This document shows, in pieces, positions 1-64,000 of a stretch of 64,000 nt of DNA; the stretch's first letter is position 1, and every line of letters starts with the position of its first letter. Made by a program: the position numbers and the translations under genes. The stretch comes from Leucoraja ocellata (taxonomy: Eukaryota). The notes below the pieces were generated by a model. That model searched no databases, was not told the DNA's origin, and worked only from the letters and a program-made list of their open reading frames with translations. Location of the stretch: the NCBI GenBank assembly GCA_036785375.1, contig JAWMAR010000030.1:11470001-11534000 (forward strand). The letters are read 5' to 3'.

Positions 1-117
1 ACATTCCAACTCTGTAATCTTTAAGTCATTATCAACCTTTGTTTTAAATCCTCTGTAATCCCATTCCCCAACGCACTAATTTATGCCAACTCTAAAACCA
101 CAATATCTACCTTCCTG

Positions 118-718
118 TTCAGTATGAAGAAGGGTCCCAACCCAAAGCATCACCCATATCACCCATACCATTTCTCCAGAGATGTTGATTGACCCGAACA
201 CCTCCGCTCGGTCCACATTAACTAACCTGACCTCCCGGTGGCTCAGCACTTCAACTCCCCCTCCCATCCCGTATCCGACCTCTCTGTCCTGGGTCTCCTC
301 CATGGCCAGAGTGAGCAGCACCGGAAATTGGAGGAACAGCACCTCATATTCCGCTTGGGGAGTCTGCATCCTGGGGGCATGAACATTGAATTCTCCCAAT
401 TTTGTTAGCCCCTGTTGTCTCCTCCCCTTCCTATCTCTCCCTCAGCCCTCAGGTTCCTCCTCCTCCTTTTTCCTTTCTTCTCCCCCCCCACCCCCCATCA
501 GTCTGAAGAAAGGTTTTCGGCCTGAAACGTTGCCTATTTCCTTCGCTCCATAGATGTTGCTGCACCCGCTGAGTTTCTCCAGCATTTTAGTGTACCTTCG
601 ATTTTCCAGCATCTGCAGTTCCTTCTTAAAAAAACATGTTGCTTGACCCGCTGAATTACTCCAGCACTTTGTGTCTATCTTTGGCATGTGCCAGTATCAG
701 CAGTTCCTTTCTACATAC
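118..718 (+). mobile_element. Nested Penelope-like elements: younger GIY-YIG 3' fragment (197-636) inside an older PLE terminal repeat
   Basis: Inner copy translates EHLRSVH..PDLPVAQHFNSPSH...RKLEEQHLIFRLGSLHPGGMNIEF. Inner TSD atgttg(a/c)ttgacccg at 182-196 and 636-650; outer TSD ctaccttcctg at 107-117 and 719-729. Confidence 0.82.
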
Positions 719-1049
719 CTACCTTCCTGCTGTTTTCTCCTTTAGATTAACCTCAAATTTAACTTTATTGTCATTGTGACCTTGCTAGTGTCATTTAACA
801 GTTCAAACTTTCCAGCCTAGAGCATATATTTCCCGGTACTTTAATTTAAGGCCCAGAAAGGGAGTATCAGGGAGTGCCAAAGGCCACATAAGTGACTTTG
901 CAGAAGGATGCCATAGTGAAAAATATCACAATCCTTCTTCCAACTCAATGCAAGCAAAGATATGAACAAATCATGCAAACTGGCCTTGTTCAAATGAGGT
1001 AACCCAGCAATTATGAGCACCAATTTTAATTTTCAATGCCTGCACTCAA

Positions 1050-1264
1050 AATTATGTGTGATATTTTACTCGCGGGCATTTTTCAACATGTCGGAAAAAT
1101 ATGCCGCGACCTAGCTGAGGCCTCAAGTACACGGGGACCACTCTCAGGCATGAAGGAGAGTTATATAGACCTCCTACGATCTCGTGTCGACCATGCTGCG
1201 AGTATGAGTCGAGGGCAAACTCGACAGAACTTGTGGATTAGGTCGCCCAAGTGGGACAGCCCCT
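1050..1264. mobile_element. One arm of a non-autonomous DNA transposon (Harbinger- or Kolobok-like)
   Basis: CpG-rich, ends GTGGGACAGCCCCT followed by TTAA; imperfect palindrome ttttcaacatgtcggaaaa near 1080; no partner terminus seen. Confidence 0.45.
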
Positions 1265-1789
1265 TTAAGGGAGCACAGAACGTGTGATTGCTAGGTGCTT
1301 GTAGATTGATGATGCATGTTAACCAATCACACACAAGCCAGCATCACTAACTCCACCCTACTGTAACACTGACACTAACACTTGCTTCCAGCACGGTTCA
1401 GTTCGAGCAGCTAGGATGTACTAACAACCAACCATCCTTTATGCTGTTAGGTTCTCAGTGCTGATTAAAGATGAACTTGAAACACATACTGTGTCTGGTG
1501 TATATCTACATGGTGACAGAAGCGCTGAAGGGAACATAGGAATCAGGGTGTAGAGCGTCCGTTGCTGAACCATCTAGATTTCTGAACAAACTGATAGCAA
1601 ATTATTGGAATTTTACCAGGTGAACATATTTTGCAATGATCAGAAATATCAAACATTACAGCCTACGTTCTTTATCAGTGATATCTGTAATCAATGGAAA
1701 TAGATGGGAGGAACATAAACTATTTTGTGCTAATTCAACAGGTACGTTATAAACAGAAGACAGCATTAACAATAAAATATTTGACCAAC

Positions 1790-3199
1790 AAAGATATTGA
1801 AATAGCATTTATTACCAATTTTAGCACAATCTATCAGTCAACTAAACAGTGATTTGAGCACGCAAAGAACCTAACGTTTATGTATATTTTGTGTTAGTTG
1901 CTAGCCAATACAATGTTGAACAATATAATTGTGATTTAATCAATACACAAAGTGCCGAGTTTCTTTTAACGGTTCTCAACTGCTTTCTGAAGAAAACACT
2001 GTTGCAAAAAGGTATTTCTAACCCAATGAATTGCATTTATACTGAAACAATTACGGGTAGGTTGTCAGTCATGCACAGCACCACATCTATGGGGTTTACA
2101 TACATTCAGTTTGTTTAGTTTTCATCAAAGCAGTTCCAAAAAATTGTTTCCTTGAGGTCACAAAATATTTGTGAAGTTTAAACACTGTTCAAAAGCTCAT
2201 GATAGACTAATGCTTTCACAGTTTCGTTCAGCCATTGCACAATAATTGGTTACATGTTTAGATCATATACAAGAATGTATAAGATTTTACATACAGCAAC
2301 TTTAAAATCTCTAAAACTTTGAGTGGAGACTTTAAAAAAAAAAAAAATCACTTCTACTTCTTCGACTGAGAATGCATTGACTGTAATATAGGAAAACATT
2401 TGGTATTGGGAATATCCAGTTGCTCCATAAATTATATTACACTGCTATAGCCTCCTCCTTCAATACAAACAATGATGACACAAAGGAGCAGACAGGGAGG
2501 CCAGCACTAATAAATTCTTTCTATAATGCAAAACTGAAATTTCTTTTCAATTCAATAAATATTAAAATTAAAAGCTCTTAATTCATTTATGTACAGGAAC
2601 TATACACAAGCAACAGTCATGTTAATACATGTACTCTGTAATGAATGATGTGCCAAGCGGCAACAAAGGCAGATTTGTACAAGCAACAGCTAAATCTAAC
2701 AGCGATTATTTACTTGCATAGTATAAACCCATTAACTGTGAGGATGCTGACATTTACATTATATACAATATGGATGTAAATATATCATTTCATTATCACA
2801 ACAGTAGTGAAAATGTCTCTGCAATAATTTTTTAATTGCGTCGTGCATTATGAGAATTATTCCTTACATGCAAGATATTTCCAGAAGAACTAATCTGTTG
2901 ATGAAAATGTTCATTGCATGTTTTAAATGCATGTCAATGTTGCACCTTTGTATCTGCAGACGTTGAACTAGGTTGTTACCTTTTACAATATCTGGATAAT
3001 AGTTGCCAACTTGAATATGTGCAGAATGAAACTCATAAAGATCCCAGGACACCTTTACTTTCAGCTTTTAAACTGAAGCTGGCTGCACCTTGAAGTGTGC
3101 ATGAGAGTCAAGCAATGTATTGGAACCACTTGGTTACACTGAGAGAATAATGCAAACCAGTGTTCATTAAGATGCAAAGCTGTGGGTTGAATTGGAATT
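1790..3199 (-). other. Probable ADAMTS14 3' UTR
   Basis: AT-rich, apparently repeat-free stretch after the stop, ending at the first minus-strand AATAAA I found; the end point is inferred. Confidence 0.55.
1808..1813 (-). terminator. Candidate polyadenylation signal AATAAA
   Basis: tttatt on + strand; a U/GU-rich tract (TCTTTGTTGGT) follows on the minus strand. Confidence 0.55.
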
Positions 3200-61058
<57,859 letters not shown>

Positions 61059-61435
61059 CTTTGGGGAAATAAATTTAGCAAGACAAAAGAAAAACAAATC
61101 AACATTGCTTTTATAATAATTCATTGATATATTTAAACATTAAAATACATCTTATAAGCAGTATTAAAAAAGTGCAGCATTTTACCCAGTTTACTCGCAT
61201 CTCAGCAATATATAGCAGCATTTCATTTAAATCCAAACTTCAGAATTTCAAAGACAGTTACTTTACATTCAAATCCAAACAATAATTATTAATAATAAAT
61301 ATTCTATATGATTGAATTATGCTGTTTAGGATTATAATGTTTATGTTATCATTTATAATCAGTAACATGTAGCCCTACAATTACTCTTGCCCAAGCAGCT
61401 AAACATTCATCATGAACTTTTTCCATAAGCTTTTT

Positions 61436-61722
61436 CCATTGAGAGTAGGGAAGATTCAAATAAGAGAACATGATTTGAGAATTAAGGGACAAAAGTTTAG
61501 GGGTAACATGAGGGGGAACTTCTTTACTCAAAGTGGTAGCTGTGTGGAATGAGCTTCCAGTGGAATGTTTAATAAATTGGATAGGTATATGGACGGGAAA
61601 GGAATGGAGGGTTATGGTCTGAGTGCAGGTAGATGGGACTAGGTGAGAGTAAGTGTTCGACACGGACTAGAAGGCCGAGATGGCCTGTTTCCGTGCTGTA
61701 ATTGTTATATGGTTATATAGTT
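61436..61722 (+). mobile_element. CR1/HER1 LINE 3' fragment, same family as 48868-49286
   Basis: Colinear with 48960-49285; same tail ctgtaattgttatatggttat. Confidence 0.82.
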
Positions 61723-62633
61723 AACTATGTAAATGAAGGGCCAGACGCAGTTTTGTTGATAAGAATGGATAAACAAAGTAAGCATAACTTTATTTGTAAG
61801 ACTGGGAAGGACAGTAAACGTAACATTGATGCATGCAAATTTTGATAAATAGATTGATCATACACCTTTAAAATAATCTCACACATGTTGATGCCAAGAG
61901 GCAATGTGATACGAAAGCAAAATACTTAGAAGGCACACATTTGAAATGAAGGAAAAATGTTGGAAATACTCAGGCAGAACCGGTTAATAGCTATTTGTTC
62001 TGGTTTCTCAATCTATATTTGATCTCCATTGAAGATGACACTCATGACTAATCATTGAGTTGAACAGACTTTGCATAAAAAACATTTCCAGAAATTTGAA
62101 TTCCTTGCACAATTTCCATTCCATTTCCTTTGGTAATTACAGATAATTATTCATTATTTGTATATCTTTGAGACTTCTGTTGGCTTACTTTTCTTCATTT
62201 AATATCTCCAATCTCCCACTCCATCACTGACCTACCAACTGCTCCCTCATCCATTTCCCTGCATCTGGAAGTTATTTATCTCTTGACCGACATTACATGA
62301 TTTGATGAGCATTTTTAGCTTCAGCAGAATTGTTTCACATACAATGTTCACTGCCTCAGTCAGTCTGCAACATCCAGAGATACCTTGCAAGGATTTTAAC
62401 TCTTAAATTGTAGATAGAACTTCCTTCGGGCAACATTAGAAATACATTTCATTTTCCTATTTAATTGCCGGATACATGAAGCTAACAAATTAAAAGACAA
62501 CCAAATATTCTTTGCTTCACTCCAAGAATGGTACAGGTGAAAGAATGATTTCTGAAAGATCCCATATTGGGGTTCGTCATATAATGAAGAGTAATATGCT
62601 CAACATATTCAAAATTACGCAATCATTTTCATT

Positions 62634-62823
62634 ACAGATAACTCTTGTTATAACGGACCATGATGGGGGATGGGAAGGGGGGGGGGGGGGTGGGGGGGGA
62701 GAGAATGGTGTCCATTATTGTCGATAACAGAGTGAGGGAATACACTCCAAGCACTTAGCGGTTACTCGATAAAACAATGAGTTGTTCTCAATTACAAAGT
62801 TCCTTTTAACAGCTATTTACCTG
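62634..62823. mobile_element. Tigger-like MITE
   Basis: TA|cagataactcttgttataacggacc, G-run, gtgtccattattg...gagtgaggga, as at 41337-41425. Confidence 0.5.
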
Positions 62824-63784
62824 CTTAGTAAAGTGGATGTTTAATGATCTTAGTAAGTATCAGAGACAAAGCCCGTATCTATGAATATCGGTAATCTGCG
62901 TCAGATATTTATCGCAAATTAGTCACACGATATATCCCTTCGGTAAACTTGTTGATTTTATGGCCTATGTACACAGCAGAGACCCTAATGGTTACATCCA
63001 TCCCACCTCAGTGCCAGGTTGTGTTCCACGCAGGTGAGCACCATTATTCGATCAAATGAGTATTAAAAGGTTTACAGGAGACAACAACGTTGTGGCAATG
63101 TTGGATGGTGTACCGGAAATGACAAAGTGGTACCACAAGCACCAAAGCCAGAGAAGGGTGAAGAGCACTCTACAAGCTGGAGAGAAACAAGAGAGCAACA
63201 CAGAGGCAGCATGGTCAGTAAAGACCATGGGGATAAAAGAACTATGAAAAAGAGTGCAAGAACTGGTGAAGTAAATGAAGCAAAAAGCTCATGGTGGTGA
63301 TAAAGTAGCTAAATATAGATGGGAAATAGTGAAATAACAAGAGATTTGCACAGAAAAATGCTGCTTTGTTAAAGAAAGGGGGATGAATTATTGTTTGATA
63401 TGTAATGGAAAAATTGAAGTGCCAAAAATAATTCAGCTTTAACAAAGATTGTACAGGTAACACCAAACAGGCTCATATCAACCTGCAAAATACCTGCACA
63501 GAGACATAAACTATAAACATGTTAGACAACAGTTGCCTGTGAGAAGAAAATCTTGTAAAATGTGCAGAAAGAATCTGAAACTCTCAGAGGTGGGCTACAG
63601 ATTGCTTCCATTAAATATGTAGTTCATTTTATGCCAAAATAGATTAGTTGAAAACTGCTCATTAGTTGCGTGCAAAACACTGTGTTCAACTGAAGCTTTA
63701 AACACTAAACAAAAAGATTGTCAAAGCTTACAAAGAATCAACAGAATGGTGTCACCTCATGGAAGAATACACAAGGATTTGTTC

Positions 63785-64000
63785 ATAAGTTCAAAGATAT
63801 AGGAGCAGAATTAGTCTGTTCCACCATTCAATCGCGAATGATCTATCTTTCCCTCTGACCATATTTCTCTGCCTTCTCCCCGTAACAATAGACAATAGAC
63901 AATAGGTGCAGGAGTAGGCCATTCAATGTGATCATGGCTGATCATCCCCAATCAGTACGCCGTTCCTGCCTTCTCCCGATATCCCCTGACTCCATTATTT
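63785..64000 (-). mobile_element. Two CR1 3' ends, the second cut by the window edge
   Basis: ataggagcagaattag...; (ACAATAG)n then gtgcaggagtaggcc. Confidence 0.72.

Noticed and set aside
61059-64000. Upstream prodomain exon of ADAMTS14
   Set aside because: No recognisable prodomain peptide with splice sites found; it probably lies beyond the window.

Overview
Vertebrate genomic DNA, most likely a skate or ray (inferred from HE1/V-SINE, CR1/HER1 LINE and Penelope repeats). One gene spans almost the whole window on the minus strand: 19 coding exons of a procollagen N-proteinase, best read as ADAMTS14 (exons 4-22 by human numbering, about 1,042 codons, 61058 down to TAA at 3200). All exons have GT-AG boundaries and splice in frame. 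The 3' UTR probably ends near 1790, and the first exons lie beyond the right edge. The introns hold decayed elements: Penelope-like (PLE) 3' ends, two Tc1 copies, CR1, Rex1/Babar, L1, V-SINEs and Tigger-like MITEs. Nearly all other listed ORFs are spurious or transposon fragments. I found no novel multi-gene system. The most unusual signal is a family of short PLE-derived inserts with a minimal hammerhead-ribozyme core, 10-15 bp target duplications and near-perfect hairpins whose arms share private variants. Also notable are a template-switch hairpin, a 95-bp inverted repeat near the catalytic exons, a locally copied segment and tandem splice donors. All family assignments are from motif recognition; no database search was run.
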